Assembly: GCA_001179505.1 (NCBI GenBank)
Contig: CDMY01000539.1
Coordinates: forward strand, 1-55,525
Source: Vitrella brassicaformis CCMP3155
Lineage: Eukaryota > Protista > Chromerida
Length of the DNA: 55,525 nucleotides
Direction: 5' to 3'
Shown piece by piece: positions 24,543-38,600 of this stretch. Position 1 is the first letter of the stretch. Each line of letters opens with the position of its first letter. Position numbers and translations under genes: made by a program. The notes under the pieces are model-generated. The model was not told the origin of the DNA. It searched no databases and was given only the letters and a program-made list of their open reading frames with translations.

Positions 24543-25819
24543 TCAGATGTTTGGCAGTAGCCGCCGCACAGCGTCGCCCATCTTGTTGTGGGCGATGTCG
24601 ACTGCCCGCTGGAAGGCAGCAGGGCCGCTGCCGCCCGGCTGGGGCGCCTCGCTGGTGCGGAGGGAGAAGAATGCCTCCTCATCACGCCTCCTCATCACGC
24701 CACCTTATCATCCTGATGTATGCCATGAATTCGTCGCCCTCCCTGTCGCCACACAGTATGACGAGTCGGTATGAGTGGTGGTCGTAGTAGTCTTTGTAGT
24801 CGATGGTGCGGCAGCCCCACACGGGCGGCTGCTGGCGGATCAGGTCACCGATGCGGTTACACACAACAGAGGGCGGAGTGCCTGTCCGATACGACACCAA
24901 ATGCGACGACGACGGCAATGCCAACCTGAAAGAGCAGCGAGGCAAAAGGCAGACAACACGCCAGATTGCTGTGTCGTGTTCTCCCATTTGAGTCGCTGCT
25001 CACATGTTGATGACCATCTCACGGAAGCTGCCATGCCGGTTACCAGACTTGTAAACCGAATCTGCAGACACAGACACACAGCGGCAGACACCATCCATGT
25101 CAAGTTGCCTCTCCTGTGGTGCTGTGCCCTCTCTCTCTTGCAGTGTTGGCACGGGGGATCGGCCGCATCGAATCGATATCTGGCCGGCACCGTCTGCTGT
25201 GTGTCCACCACCACGTCCCACTCGCCCAGCTCGTCCCGCCCGTCGGCATTGCGCGTCAGCTGCATATTGTCGCCCAGTCGGTGGCTGAAGAGGCTGTACT
25301 GGCGGATGGCCTCTGGGCGGCTGAGGTAGAGGTCCTTGTCGGCCGTCACCTGCTGCACGTCAGCCGATGTGATGATGAGTGGGAGGGACGCCAGACGGCC
25401 ACTGCTCCTGGCCAGGCGCAGGATCGGCTTGTTGCCCGCCCACTGCCCGCCCTTGACCAGCACCCACCACAGGCTCTCCAGAAACCCCCGTTGGGTCAGC
25501 TGCTGCTGCCCGGCCCCTCCCTGCTGCTGCTGCTGGGTGGTGTTGGTGTTGTGGTCATACGTCAGCACGCCGTCGATCTGTTGCTCGCGCAGCAGTCGGT
25601 CGATGCGCTGTTTGATGGCCTCGTCCGACAGCAACTGGAGCGCCTCATCTCCGAGACTATGCTGCTCGACGAAGGCGTTGAGGAGGGCCGGTGGGCAGCG
25701 GGCGACCAAACAGGGAGGCAGCAGTCAGTCACGATGTGCTGTGCGGCCTTTGTGCTCTCTGTACTCTCTGTGCTCACCGGTGGATGAGTGTTATGGCCAG
25801 ATGAGCTCGACGATGCCAT
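24543..25819 (-). pseudogene. Family copy F2 (exon 1 of module X plus C-module A), disabled
   Basis: Inverted paralogue of F1 (LWWVLVKGGQWAGNKPILRLARSSGRLASLPLIITSADV). The GT donor after DPPC is lost at ~25143, so the retained ~83-nt intron shifts the frame. Confidence 0.65.
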
Positions 25820-26229
25820 CGTTGTGATGATGCAGCAGTGGCGGAGATTTCCAGTCACTCGAAGACGACAGTTTCCGCCGACTGGAGATCTCTCCACTCA
25901 CACAAACGGCACGTCACCGGCTTTTTTTGAGTCAAGCCGTTTGCAAGCTACCGGGCCCCACTCTTCCTCCAAACAGAGACTCTATTTCGATCTACTTCGA
26001 TCCACTTCTGGCTCGCTTCCTGTGTCTCCCCATGACCCTAACACAGATCAGAGGTGTCCTCAAAGCGACGTCCCCTTCTCCAGCATCGATTCGATCTCTC
26101 TCGCGAGCTTCAAACATCCTGCGGCCTTTGTGGCTCGCGGGAACACGACACTCAAGCCGATCTCTCTTGATGCGGCGATGACACCAAGCCTCTTCATCGC
26201 CGTGTCTCTCAAGCCTCTTCATCGCAACG

Positions 26230-26362
26230 ATGGCATCGTCGAGCTCTTCGGGGCAAATGACTCATCCACAGGTGAGAGCAGAACAGCACACGACCACACA
26301 GCACAGACGCGCACGGCTGATCTGTCCCGCAGGCGGCTGTCGGTGCATCGCCGTGTCGGTAT
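26230..26362 (+). pseudogene. Truncated 5' fragment of a module-X gene (MASSSSSGQMTHPQ | AAVGASPCRY)
   Basis: Near-identical to 46477-~46610. It ends abruptly at a rearrangement junction. Confidence 0.75.
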
Positions 26363-26417
26363 CTCGCGAGAGAGATCAGCACTCTTCATCGCCGTGTCGG
26401 TGCTTCAAGCCTTCTCT

Positions 26418-29400
26418 CTTGCGATAGGACGAGATCTGCACTCACTGGAACACGACAGTTTCCGCCAACCGGAGGTCTGTCCTCTCACACAAACGGCACG
26501 CCAGCGGCTGCGCTCAAAAGCGAAGCCGTCGACTTCTCCTCTGGAAGGGGGTCGATCACGCGAGCTCAAAGAGGGGAGGCGCATTCTGCGGCTTTTGGCG
26601 TCAGGCAGACGAGGCCATCGCTCAGAGGACTCCCTCTCTGTCCCGCACGACAGAAATCTCATCGCACCTCTGCCGTGTTCGTCGTGAGCCCTCCCGTTGG
26701 CGGAGTGCTGCGCGGCGTTGTGACTGATTGGCTCATTGACTCATCGGCTGACTGATTTGCTTGTCGGACGTTCGCTGCCCTCTCACCGGTAAGCACAGCA
26801 CGACAGATGACAGACAGACAGACAGACAGACAGACGTGTGAACGGCACACTCACTGCGCCACTGTGTGTGTGGTGGTCTTCAGGCGTCGTGTGGGCTGCC
26901 GTGAGCACAGCGGGCGGCGGTATGTCCAGCACATCGGCATCAGCTGCTGCCGCAGGTGGGCTGACTCACTGAGTGGGAGAGGGAGGGGAGGGCTAACCTG
27001 TGTGTGGTGTGGTGTGTGTTGGCCAGGTGGTGGTGGAGGTACCGGTGTGTTTGGAGTCAATGACGTCAATCACAGCGCCACACACGACGATGAGCAGTCG
27101 GTGAGCCATGGTGCCGCCGCACAAGCAAAGATCGTCATGGACTCGTCTGTCTGGTTCTCGTGAGTGATGATGTTGTGTGCCGTGTGTACCTGCCGGCATC
27201 GCCTCCTTTTGCAGAAGTCGTCTGATCTGTTGGCGTGCATGGTGAAGTTGCACCATCAAGTAGGTGGCTTGGCTGCAGGCTCAGACGAGAGGACATGTGG
27301 GCAGACAGTGGCGGGTGTGACGTGTCATGTGTGTCGTGCGTGCGGTGTGTGCAGATGGGCGACTCGATCAGATATCTCGCTGCCAAGGTGTGTCAGTGGG
27401 TCGACAAATGGCTGACTGAGCACACATCACATGGTGTGTCATTGCTCACTCCCTCCTTCTTTTGTATGTGTGTGGTTTGTGGCTGTATGTGCAGGGGTCT
27501 GTCGTTGAGAGTCACCTGTCGATGCTGGAGAGAGCCATCGCAGACACCTCGAGTGCACTCGGCCGACTCAATGGACTGGCACTGGTACGCACACACGCAT
27601 GCATCACTCATCCGCCCTCCGGCTTTTCCTTTTTATGCTCTGGTGTGTGTGTGGCTCAGTTGGAGGGCCACTTCAAGAACTTCGCATTTGTCCCTCCAGA
27701 CGATGAGGTCGAGGAGGGGTGGAGAAGGATCGAACCCCTCTTCGCAGAGGTACGTGCATCGGACCCACCGATGCGATGGACGCACACCGACATTGTGGCC
27801 ACTGACCTGCCTCATCTGATCTGATCTGCAGGAGTCGTCCAGCAATGGGGATCTCTCTGACCACTCATCCGACGCAGTCGACTCGCAGACAGAGACGGTG
27901 GCACAGGTAGGTACGAAGCCACGTATTCCGTATGTGTGTGTGTATCTTCTTTCTTATTGCATCGCGTCGCTTCTTTTGCTTCAGGGCCGTAGCAGCCGAT
28001 TTGCCGACAAGGCCGTCACTGATGAGACCACTAAGGCTACAAAGACACAGAAGAAGGTACGACAGCTGAGCTGCTACACCGTGCTGCCGACATCATGACG
28101 GCCGACGTATGCTGCGCTGCGCGTGCCATTCGTTGTCTGTCAGGCTCATTTGGTTGGGTTTGAGTTCGTGCGGCAGCTATACACCCTGCCCGAGGCCCTC
28201 ATGCACGACACACTCCTCCCCCTCATCCACCAGCACCCCCACACCGCACTCGCCAAGGTCAGCAGTGCCCTCTGCTGCACCTCACCGGCAGTCGGCAGCG
28301 CCGTCGCGGCCGCCCTCATCCCACAAATCGACAGCATCATCCAGCGCGACGGCCTCAGCGGCGTCACCAGCTACACCCAGATCCGTCGGCACCTGCAGCG
28401 GCAGCGGGTCGGGCGATGGATGTGTGTCGGCCATTCCGATTGATCCGCTTGCACTACCTGATGCTGACGGGGGGCGACTGGCGGGGCAACGTGCCGCTGC
28501 TGCGGCTGGCCAAGAGCTGTGGACGACTGCAGCAGCTGCCCATCAAGCTGACGGGCGACGATCTGCAGCACGTGGGCAGCAAGGCCGTCGTCGACAGCCG
28601 GCCGCCCAGCATGAGGCAATACGCCCTCTTCAGCCACCGACTGAGCGAGGGGATGCAGCTGACGCGGGATGCCAACGGGGAGGACGAGCTGGGCGTGCGT
28701 GAGGTGACGGTGCACAGCGATGCGGCCGATCCCCCGTGCCGACGTGAGAGATGGGAGGGCAAACCACCACAGGAGAGCCAACTTGACATGGATGGTGTCT
28801 GCCGCTGTGGGTGTGGGTGTGTCTGCAGACGATGCTCTCGAGTATGGCAGCTGCAGAGGACTGATCATCAAGGAGTATGCAGCGACTGAAATGAGAGAAG
28901 ACGACACAGCAATGTGTCGAGTTGTGTCTGCCTTTTCCCTCGTTGCTCTTTCAGGTTGGCATGGCTGTCGTCGTGTCGGGTGTCGTATCACTGGTGGGAT
29001 CCGCCCTCTCCTGAGATTGATCACATCGCTGGCCTGACCAGCCGCCGCCCATTGGGGCTGCCGCACCATCGGCTACCACGACGGCACCATTTCATACCGG
29101 CTCGTCATACTGTGTGGCGACCAGGAGGGTGACGACTTTGCGGCATACATCATCATGACCAGGTGGCCTGATAGGTCGGCATCCATCTCCCTCCGCACCA
29201 GCGAGGCGCCCCAGCAGGGCGTCAGTGGCCCTGCTGCCTTCCAGCGGGCAGTCGACATCGCCCACAAGAAGATGGGCGACGCCATCACAGTACTCCCAAA
29301 GGTCAACGAGGCCATCAACACAGGTACACACGCACGAGAACACCACGTGAGCCCAACACAAGAGTGAGACTGTCTCTTGTTTCATGACTGCAGCTGGCGG

Positions 29401-29758
29401 GATGGCGTCGACGTGACTGACATGGACTTGGGCGGCGGCACACACGAAGACATCGGAAGTAGCTGACGTGCAATGGGGCGGCAGAGGGGAGGCCGCGAGA
29501 TGGACCGACCGACTGGACTGCCTTCATCCGGTGTCTGTGGTGTGTTGGAATCCCTGTCTTTTTTACTTCCTCGTGTGTCGATGCGGTGCGTCTGCTTATC
29601 TGTCTGTCTGTTTGGGTGGACATACACCGCATGAACCGACTGGGTGAGTGGCCGGACTGCCTCTCTGCACGAGCATCCTTTGAATCGATGGATGACACAC
29701 ACCGAATGTCAATCTGAGTCTGTCAGTCTCTGTCGCGACACCACACACACACACAGCT
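26418..29758 (+). repeat. Left arm of an inverted segmental duplication (partner 43478-46474)
   Basis: Homology is recognisable as reverse complement from TTGCGATAGG (26418) to CACACACAGCT (~29758). It is strongest at both ends and diverged internally. Confidence 0.8.
26922..29367 (+). pseudogene. Family copy F3 (coiled-coil N-module Y plus C-module B), frameshifted
   Basis: Exons MSSTSASAAAA..., GSVVESHLSMLERAI..., LIRLHYLMLTGGDW...RPPSMRQYALFSHRL. Frameshifts at ~28412 and ~29037. Confidence 0.7.
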
Positions 29759-29909
29759 TCCCGCCCTCGCAAAAAGCAGGCAATATCTCTCACGGTCTGT
29801 CTGTCTGTCTGTTTGTTGTGTTTGTTACCCTACTAGAAGCTGCACACTGCACATACATACACCCATACGCCCCCTCTCAATTGCTCCCGCCCCTCGAACC
29901 ATCCGATCA

Positions 29910-32763
29910 TCAGCCGAGCCATTTGGTGAAGAAGTCGTTGCCCCTGTCGTCCACAACGATAAAGGCCGGGAAGTTCTCCACCTCTATTTTCCACACAGCC
30001 TGCACACATCGCATCCATTCCACCCAGAGAGAGAGAGCGGCATTCTGCGTGGCCGGGCCGTGTGTGCGCAAACACATACACACCTCCATGCCGAGCTCTT
30101 CGTATTCCACCACCTCCACCTTCTTGATGCAGTTCTGCGCCAATATCGCCGCAGGGCCGCCGATGCTGCCCAGATAAAACCCACCATGCTGCTTGCACGC
30201 CTTGGACACCTGCACAACACCCACCAAACCATCACACCACACCGCTCTCTGTCCTGCGTGCTTGTGAGGGCGTTGTAATGTACCTCCTTGCTCCTGTTGC
30301 CCTTGGCAAGGGTTATCATAGACCCGCCGGCAGCCATGAATGGCCCCACATAAGAGTCCATCCGGCCAGCAGTGGTCGGGCCAAACGAACCAGACGCATA
30401 ACCAGCAGGCGTCTTGGCCGGCCCTGCATAGTAGATGGGATGGTTCTTGATGTAGTCGGGCAGCGCTCCCTCTTTCTGCAGCCGCTCGTTGAGTTTGGCG
30501 TGGGCGATGTCCCGCGCCACAACGAGGGTGCCCGTCAACGATAGACGCGTCTTGATCGGGTACCTGCCAGCCACCATAAAGCGACGAAAGCAATGAGCCA
30601 ATGGGTGGCTGATTTTGCGTGTGTTGGGAGGGGAGGGTGGTGTATCTGTCTTTACTTGCTGAGTTGCGCAAGGACTTCCGTCATGGGGCGGTTGAGGTCC
30701 ACCTGCACCACCTCCCCACCTACATGCACAAATACACACACTTGCAAGTGCGCATTGCGAGAAGACACATGGGTGGATTGCAGACTGACCAGAGCCCAGA
30801 GACTGCTCCGTGACGTCAGGGAGATACTGTCCTGGGTTCTCTTCCAATTGCTCAAGGAACACTGACACACACACAAATACACACACAGAGGGAGACAGCG
30901 GTGTGTTGGTATCAGCCACGCGTGCAGCCAACCAGAATATTCACTGACCTCCTTCGTCGGTGATCTTGCCGATGGCCTGTCTGTCTGCCGAGCATGACAC
31001 GCCGATGCCGACTGGGCAGGACGCGCCGTGCCGCGGCAGCCGGATGACCCGCACGTCATGGCAGAAGTACTTGCCGCCGAACTGGGCACCGATGCCCATG
31101 TTCTGACATATCTGACATACACACCATCACACACATACGGATGTCGACGGAGGGATGTCTTGGTAAGTCGGTGGGGCGGGTGGGTGGGTGACCTTGTGCA
31201 CACGCTCTTCCCACTCCAGGTCTCTGAATGCCCGACCGTGCTCATTGCCAGAGGTGGCCAGACCGTCGTAATACCTGATAGACACACAGACAAACAGACA
31301 CATGGACAAGTGAAATGGACGGATAGCCTCCCATTTGTGTTGACAAAGATCTGCCCATACCTGCAGCTGGCCATCTTGACGGTCTTGAGGGTCATCTCGG
31401 CAGACAAACCGCCTGCACACACGCCGAAGTGGCATTTCAGCAGGCAGCCCTGTAGGATGTGTCACATACCGATGACGATGGCCAGGTGGTAGGGCGGGCA
31501 TGCGGCCGTCCCGATCGTCTTGATCTTCTCCTCCAGAAACATGGCCAAGCTGTCAGGGTTCAACAAGGCCTGCACGCACACAGTCACCACAGCTCGTTCT
31601 CTATCTAGCTGTCACCGATCCACCCTTGACTCACTTTGGTTTGCTGGAAAAGGAACGTCTTGTTCGCCGAGCCGCCCCCCTTGGCGATGAAGAGGAAGTT
31701 GTAGGCGTTACCTTTGCTGGCGTACAGCTCGATCTGTGCTGGCAGGTTCGTCTTGGTGTTTGCCTCCGTGAACATGTCCTTGGGCGACACCTGAGAGTAT
31801 CTACCACCACACGCACAGCAGACAGCAATACTTGGATCTCCCTCTCTGCTGCGTCTCTTGTGTGTCGGCGATCGGCGCACCTGAGATTGGACATAGTGTA
31901 GGCGTCATAGACGCCTTTGCTGATGTGGGACTCGTCCTCGTCGTCGGTGATGACGCGGGAGCCGCGCTTTCCAATAACGATGGCGGTGCCTGCACCACGC
32001 ACACACCATACAGACACCTTTGAGAACACCACGAGTCAATCACCACTTCCGTGTCGGTTCTCAAAGGTTGATCTGACCGGTGTCCTGGCAGCCCGGCAGC
32101 ACTCGCCCAGCAGCGATGTTGGCATTTTTCAAGAGCTCAAGTGCAACAAACCTGAGCACACACACACACACAACCCAAAAAGGCCGATGGAGAGATAGGA
32201 CTTGATCACTGCTGCAGTCGCCTACCTGTCGTTGTCTGATGATTCTGGGTCCTTGAGTATGTTGGCCAGCTGCTGCAGGTGACCCGGCCGCAGCAGATGA
32301 GATATGTCAATCATCCCCTGACGAGTCAACTGAACACGTACAATATACAGCATTCAGCAGACAGACAGACAGACAGACACACAGACAGTCACGCATCAAG
32401 AGCAATCCAGCAATCAGTGATTGAACATTCATTCTGCCTCACTCAGCTGACTCACTGACTCACTGACTCACTGACTCACTCACTGCTTCCCTCACTGCTT
32501 CACTCACTGCTTCACTCGCGCACCTGTGTGAGCACCCATGGCTGCACATGGAGGTAGCTGTGGCCATCCAGGTTCACCCTCGACACTCCATCGCCCGTCA
32601 GCTTCTTGAGCGGCACACTCAAAGGCGTCACCTGCTCAAACACGTCCTGATAAGTGAACGGCGCCGGGCCAGACGCCGCCGCCGCGAAAGCACGGACACA
32701 CCTGAAGGGCAGAACGGCCCGCACAGATGACCGCAGTGGAGCTGCGTGGCGTAGAAGACTCAT
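29910..32763 (-). CDS. fumA: Class I (Fe-S) fumarate hydratase with mitochondrial presequence
   Basis: [60 protein letters not shown] and [15 protein letters not shown] are class I fumarase signatures. The N-terminus [15 protein letters not shown]... is presequence-like. Confidence 0.97.
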
Positions 32764-32927
32764 TGCGGCTGCAGCTGCCGTGTGAAAGTCGTCTTCCCTT
32801 CTTTCGTGCGAGCTGTAAGGGCAGAGATCGCGAGCTCAAAGTGGGGCCCACCTCTCCCCTCAGCCCCCTACCTCTCCTGTCATCCCTCTCGTTTGAGAGG
32901 AAGGCATGCTTTGATCTCCCCACTGCG

Positions 32928-35592
32928 ATGTCCATCTTGTCTGCTCTGACAGCCGGTCATGACCATGGATCATGCATCAGACGATTGTTGCACGCATTTC
33001 TTTCCATTTCCTTCACCCGCAGGTCTTTTGCCGCTGCTCTGCCACGCGGCCAGCAACTATGGGACGCCCCTCTTCCCTGCCGAATGGATCATGCGACCTC
33101 GCTCTTGCTCGGTGCGCAGGGGCTTCTGCATCCCGGAGTGGACTTTTCCATGTCTGTGTGCCGTTGTTGTGCTCTCATGATGCAGTACTATTACATCAAC
33201 ACGGGCGTAATCCACAATTACGCAGATGCGGAGAGCTCCTGCTACAACACCCACACGGGACTCGCGGGCGACCTGGTCGGTCTTTGCCGCTGCCACTGGA
33301 CCGCTGCCAGTGGACTGCATGTGTTTGTCTGCTTGCCAATGTCATGCAGCTGATTGTGGACGACGCCTACGAAGCCCAATGGCTGGCCGAGCAGATCATT
33401 CTGGCGGGCAACGAGGAAGTCAGGTATTGGGTCAAGATGAAACGGGTGAGCCAGCTCTCACCTATGAGGAGACTAGCTGTGTGTGAGTGTTTTCGTCGTG
33501 TTTGCCCTCCCCTCCCTCTCTCCCTCCCTCAGAATGGCGCAGATCCCTCGGAGAAACCTGCTTTTCTCCCAGACATAGGAGGGACCAAAGCAGGTCTCTC
33601 ACACAGACAACAGGAGACGCAACCCAGTGTCCCTCTGTCTGTTGCCGCCCTCCGCATGTGTCAGACCGCCAAGGCTGGTATCCGGCTGGTGATTGGGCGT
33701 GGCAAGCGCCGTCTAGGGGCCTGTGGGACCTGACATGGCGGCCTAGAATGCCGTGGGACCACACACAGGATCACGGCATGGTCGAGGTCAGGCACGCGAA
33801 GTATGAGGAGCCTTTTCGTTTGGTCTTGAGATCACGCGAGCCTGCCAACAGCAATAGCGCCATCGTGAGCAACAACGGGAGGATGGGAAAGGCCGGGAGG
33901 CTTGCTTGCTGACCGATACTGTGTATGTGGCTGCATGCAGTGTGAGAAGAAAATAAGCGGCTGCAGTAAACAAACCAATCGAGCACAAACAAATTAATAT
34001 GGATCGGCTGCCCTTCTCCTTCCCATGCAGCCGATTTCCCAACGGTTATGATTACAACCGCTACGAGCTTTCCGGACCCCAACTCTCGAGAGATCGTTGT
34101 AACTCTGACCTTCTCGGATGACATCACCGACCTTACATTTCACAACTTCTCCGACTTGACAAGCTGGCAAACTGTCAGTGAAGGGAGCGCGGCGATCGAG
34201 GGCATCAACAAAACGAGCAGCAACGTGATAGTGGAGAGGCTGTGGGGTGTGCAGCCAGGATGGATCACGCTCCACGTGCCCAGCAATGCTTTCAACCGGA
34301 CGAGCGACGGGCTGCCTAACACTCCATCGAACAATCTCACAATCTACGGGGGTCTCGACGGCACGAGACACATGAATGTCTGTGTACTGGCTGTCTCTCT
34401 GTGTGCGTCTGCCAGGCTGCGACACTACATGGGGCTGGAAGAAGTCGGCGGCTGAAGATGCCATCGACAGTGCCTACTCTTGGTGGCAGTGCGGTCGGCA
34501 GTGTCAGGACAATCCCAGCTGTGAAATGTTTGTCTACGACGCCCAATCGGGCATCCCGGGCGGCGGCGGCGGGTCTCCATCCCCCTGTCGCCTTTACTAT
34601 GACAGAGACCCTGCCGATACGCCTGATCCGAATAAAATAACCAGCTACAGGGCATGCGGCATCAAAACAGGTCGGCAGCCGGAGAAAGACCAGAGAGACA
34701 TATTTCTCGCGGCTTCGCCTCTGATCTGCAGATACGAAACCGCCCAAGATATTCTTTGTGAGGAAGGTCATTGCCACTGGGAAGCGGAGGGAAGGCGGCC
34801 TTGTTAGGTACAACTACGAGAACCCCAACATCATCGACCTCCACACGGAGATACACTTCAGCGAAGCCGTCAGGAATCTCGATGTCTCGGATGTCACGCT
34901 CTCGTGGGCAAATGTGTCGGGCAGCGGCACGGCGAGCTTACCGTCGCTTCTGCAACTTGACGAGGTGCCGATTACCAAGCCTACTACATGGGACATACCA
35001 CTGACACCCGCCCCGACAAAGAAATACAATCTGACGGTGGGCGTATCCCACACAGGAGGCACACGCGGATCTCTGGTGCTCTACTATGTGTGTGTGTGGA
35101 CCGAACAGCTTCAGCTTCACAATTTGCTGTGGTTCACCGAGGGCAATTTCACCTTTCATCTCGACGGCTCTTCGGATATCGTCGATCTCTCGGGCAACCC
35201 CATCAACCCCTCTTACGAGCCCATCACGTTCATGCTGAGACCCCGCCGTGAGACACGGGACCTGCACACAGAAGAGGGACAGAAAAGACCAGGAAGAGCC
35301 TCAATCATTGTCTGCAATGGAACAATTGCAGCGTGTGACACAATGGAGAGATTAACGGACGTGATGCTGTGGCAAGGGGACCTGATCGGCCTGCAGTGGA
35401 AGGGCTTTACGTTTGACTCTTGCGCCACCAAATGCCGGATGACGCCAGGTGAGGAAAGCGTTTTCTTGAGGGATACACCGTTCTTTCTGCTGTCTTTTTG
35501 CTAGAGTGTGAGGCCTTTACATTCGACAAGGTGCATTCCGCCTGTTACCTTAAATGGGGCCCACTGGAGGTAGCAACCCAGATGCACACACA

Positions 35593-35628
<36 letters not shown>

Positions 35629-38600
35629 CTTTCCTGTCTTTCGGGTGACAGTGGGGTCCTGACGGATGGGAGTACAGAGGGTCGGAACCTGACTATGACT
35701 CGGCATGGTTCGACTGCTCATGCTCTGCCAACTGCTTTGGTACACACAACTAGGCACACAGACGGGATGGTTGCTATGCCTCTTTGAGCTGCTTGCAATT
35801 CTGTACCGGTCAGAGGTGCCGTTGCCCGAGGTCTGCGGCGACTTTGTTCTGGTTGGCGCCGAGACATGTGACGGTACAGCCTTGCACTCATTCAAAGCCT
35901 TGACACCAGCAAGCGTTCGTCTTCTCTCCTTCCTTCCCTCGTCCAGACGGCAATGACGTGGGAGGTGACGGGTGCTCGGCTACATGCCAGACGGAACCAG
36001 GATACACATGCCCTACAACCGGCGGGAGCTGCGCACCAGTTTGTGGTGACGGCCTCTTGAAGGGCGGCGAAGAGGTACATAATGTACCTGTACGCGCACA
36101 AGCACCGATGGTGAGCTGGCTGGCTGTATATACGTTCTCAGTGCGATGATGGGAACACGGCAGCGGGAGACGGGTGCTCAGATACGTGCCAGGTTGAATC
36201 AGGATGGACATGCCCTACACCAGGATCGCCATGCTGTCAGCACAACGCCTGCTTTTTCGTGAGGTCTCTCCACTTCTCTCTCTTGTCCCTTTGTCCTCGC
36301 CTCTCTCAGTTCTCATAACAACATCGCCCCCGCTGACGACTGCTTCCCCGCCAGCCGCGACCACATTACCACCAACCCCACCAGAGACCACCGCCCCTGC
36401 TGTCCCACCAGAGACCACCACCGCCCCTGCTGTTCCACCAGAGACCACCGCCCCGTCGCCATCAGCCATTCCGCCGGAGGGCACAACACCGCCAACGGCG
36501 CCCACAAGTGAGCAAGTGGGAAAGGCGCTCGAAAGACACTCGGATGGTCATCGATTGGCCGGTTGGCGCTCCCATGAATGTATGTGTCCTTTAGCTATTG
36601 TGCCTCCGGTTGTCGTCCTGCCAGAGGAGGGCATAGAAGGCATCACTGACGACTTAGATACTCTCAAGGTGACTTCGTCCAACCAAGACCAACAGCAGAC
36701 AACTGCATCTGTGACCTGCCTTGTCCCCCGTGTCTGTGTGTTGCTCCCGATCTCGCTGCAGAACCCGGATGCAGTTGACGTGTCGGATGCAGAGGACACC
36801 ATCGGTGGTCTGCTGGGTGAAGAGGGCGAGGAACCACCCACCCCACCGCCCGTGGAGTCTCCCGACGACTTCAGCTCTCGGCTCCTCAAAGCCATCAACG
36901 TCGCCAAAGTGGCCCGCAAAGAGGACATGGCCGGGCTGGCAAAGCCCAATTCCACACAGGAAGAGACCAAGGCACAAAGGAAAGCCGTCGTGAAGGCACT
37001 CATGCGCAACCTGCAAAAGGTATATGACGACACGCAGACAGGCAAGGACAGCACCCAATTTCTCTGTCCTGTGTGCGGCTGGTCAGGCTGCTGCTGATCG
37101 GTCGACAGCCCTGGTTGGTGTGTCGAGCAGCCCAGCTGAGGTTCTCTTGTCAGCTGTCACATTGGCCACTACCGTCGAGGCAGCCGATGAGACAGGTACG
37201 GCGCGTAGAAAGGCCACAAGATCACCTGACCGAGGTCTGCATCTCTTGTATCTGCAGAGAACGACGACATGGACACGGCCGAGGCGGGCGTCGCGACGTT
37301 CAAGGCTCTCGCCGCCGTCTCGGCGGACACCATCTCCCAGCCCGACGACACTCTCGCGGAAGCCGTCAAGGAGCTGCAGGGCCTTCAGTATTATCTCGAT
37401 GGGGCGGCCGGTCTCCTCAGACAGCTCAACAGGACAGCGAAGGCGGATCGACACCTTCGGCGGCTGACACCGGCTGCCAACGAGAGCTATCACATGTTGT
37501 CATCTGATATCATCGGCACCACAGCCCAGCTCGCCGACAGCCTCGCCACACGCGCAGCCGGACATCCCGACGGCACGGCCGAAGTGGCGGGCGCCAAGAC
37601 GCGGCTGAAGGTTGCCCGCACAGACACCGCCAGTGGGGCCACACTCACGATCAAGGACACCAGTGTGGCCGTGAACATGCCTTCATTGCCATCCATCCCG
37701 CCGGCCGTGTGCGCCGATGGTGGCGGGCTGCGCGAGAGTGTGCAGATGACCTTCTGGGCCGACGACCCATATGCTTATGCCGCTGACGAGGAGGCGCCAA
37801 TGGCCGACCTAACGGCCAGCGACACTCTTACGAATGCAGCGCAGGGCACTTTGGCTGTGTCGGCCCGTCAGTGCGGCAGCGACCTGCAGCTGATGGCGGG
37901 TGAAGGTCAGCAAGAGCCCTTCCGGCTGTTCATTCCTCGGCCGTCAGCTGACAGCGTGCCGGCGGCTGGCAATGTCTCTGTCAATGGGACGGAGAGGGCG
38001 TACGATGTGCATGTGGTGTGCGGCTTCTGGAACGCATCGACGCACCAGTGGGACACACAAGGTCAGCCATGCACATGTGTGGCGCACGGATCAATCTGTC
38101 GACCAATGAATTAACGGGTGTGTGTGTGTGTAGGCTGTCATGTGAATTTGGCTCTGTCGAATGGGACGACCTCCTGCTGCGAGTGCACTCACCTCACAGA
38201 ATTCTCTTCACTCTTCAGGTCAGCTGACGTGACACACCCAGGCCATGATGCGTGTGTGAGTGCTTGCTCTGTGTCTGCAGGAGTGTGATCGTTGACAGCC
38301 ACATTGCAGGGGTGGTGGGCGGTGCGGGTGATTCCCTCGCCAGGATGGCCGACATCACCGCTTGGACACAAAACATAGCCGCCTTCTTCGTCTCAATTAT
38401 GATCGCCATACACTCCACTTGTCTGCTGCTGTCTCTCTACTTCGACTGCAAAAACCCGTAAGCACACAAAACACGAGACACAACCGTCTTTGCTGTTCCT
38501 TGTCGGTTCGTCAGTATCACTGATCAACTCTTACTCGACATATGGTCAGTCATGACACAGCGTACCGCATCATCGTGTTGTGAATTCGTTATCCACCCGT

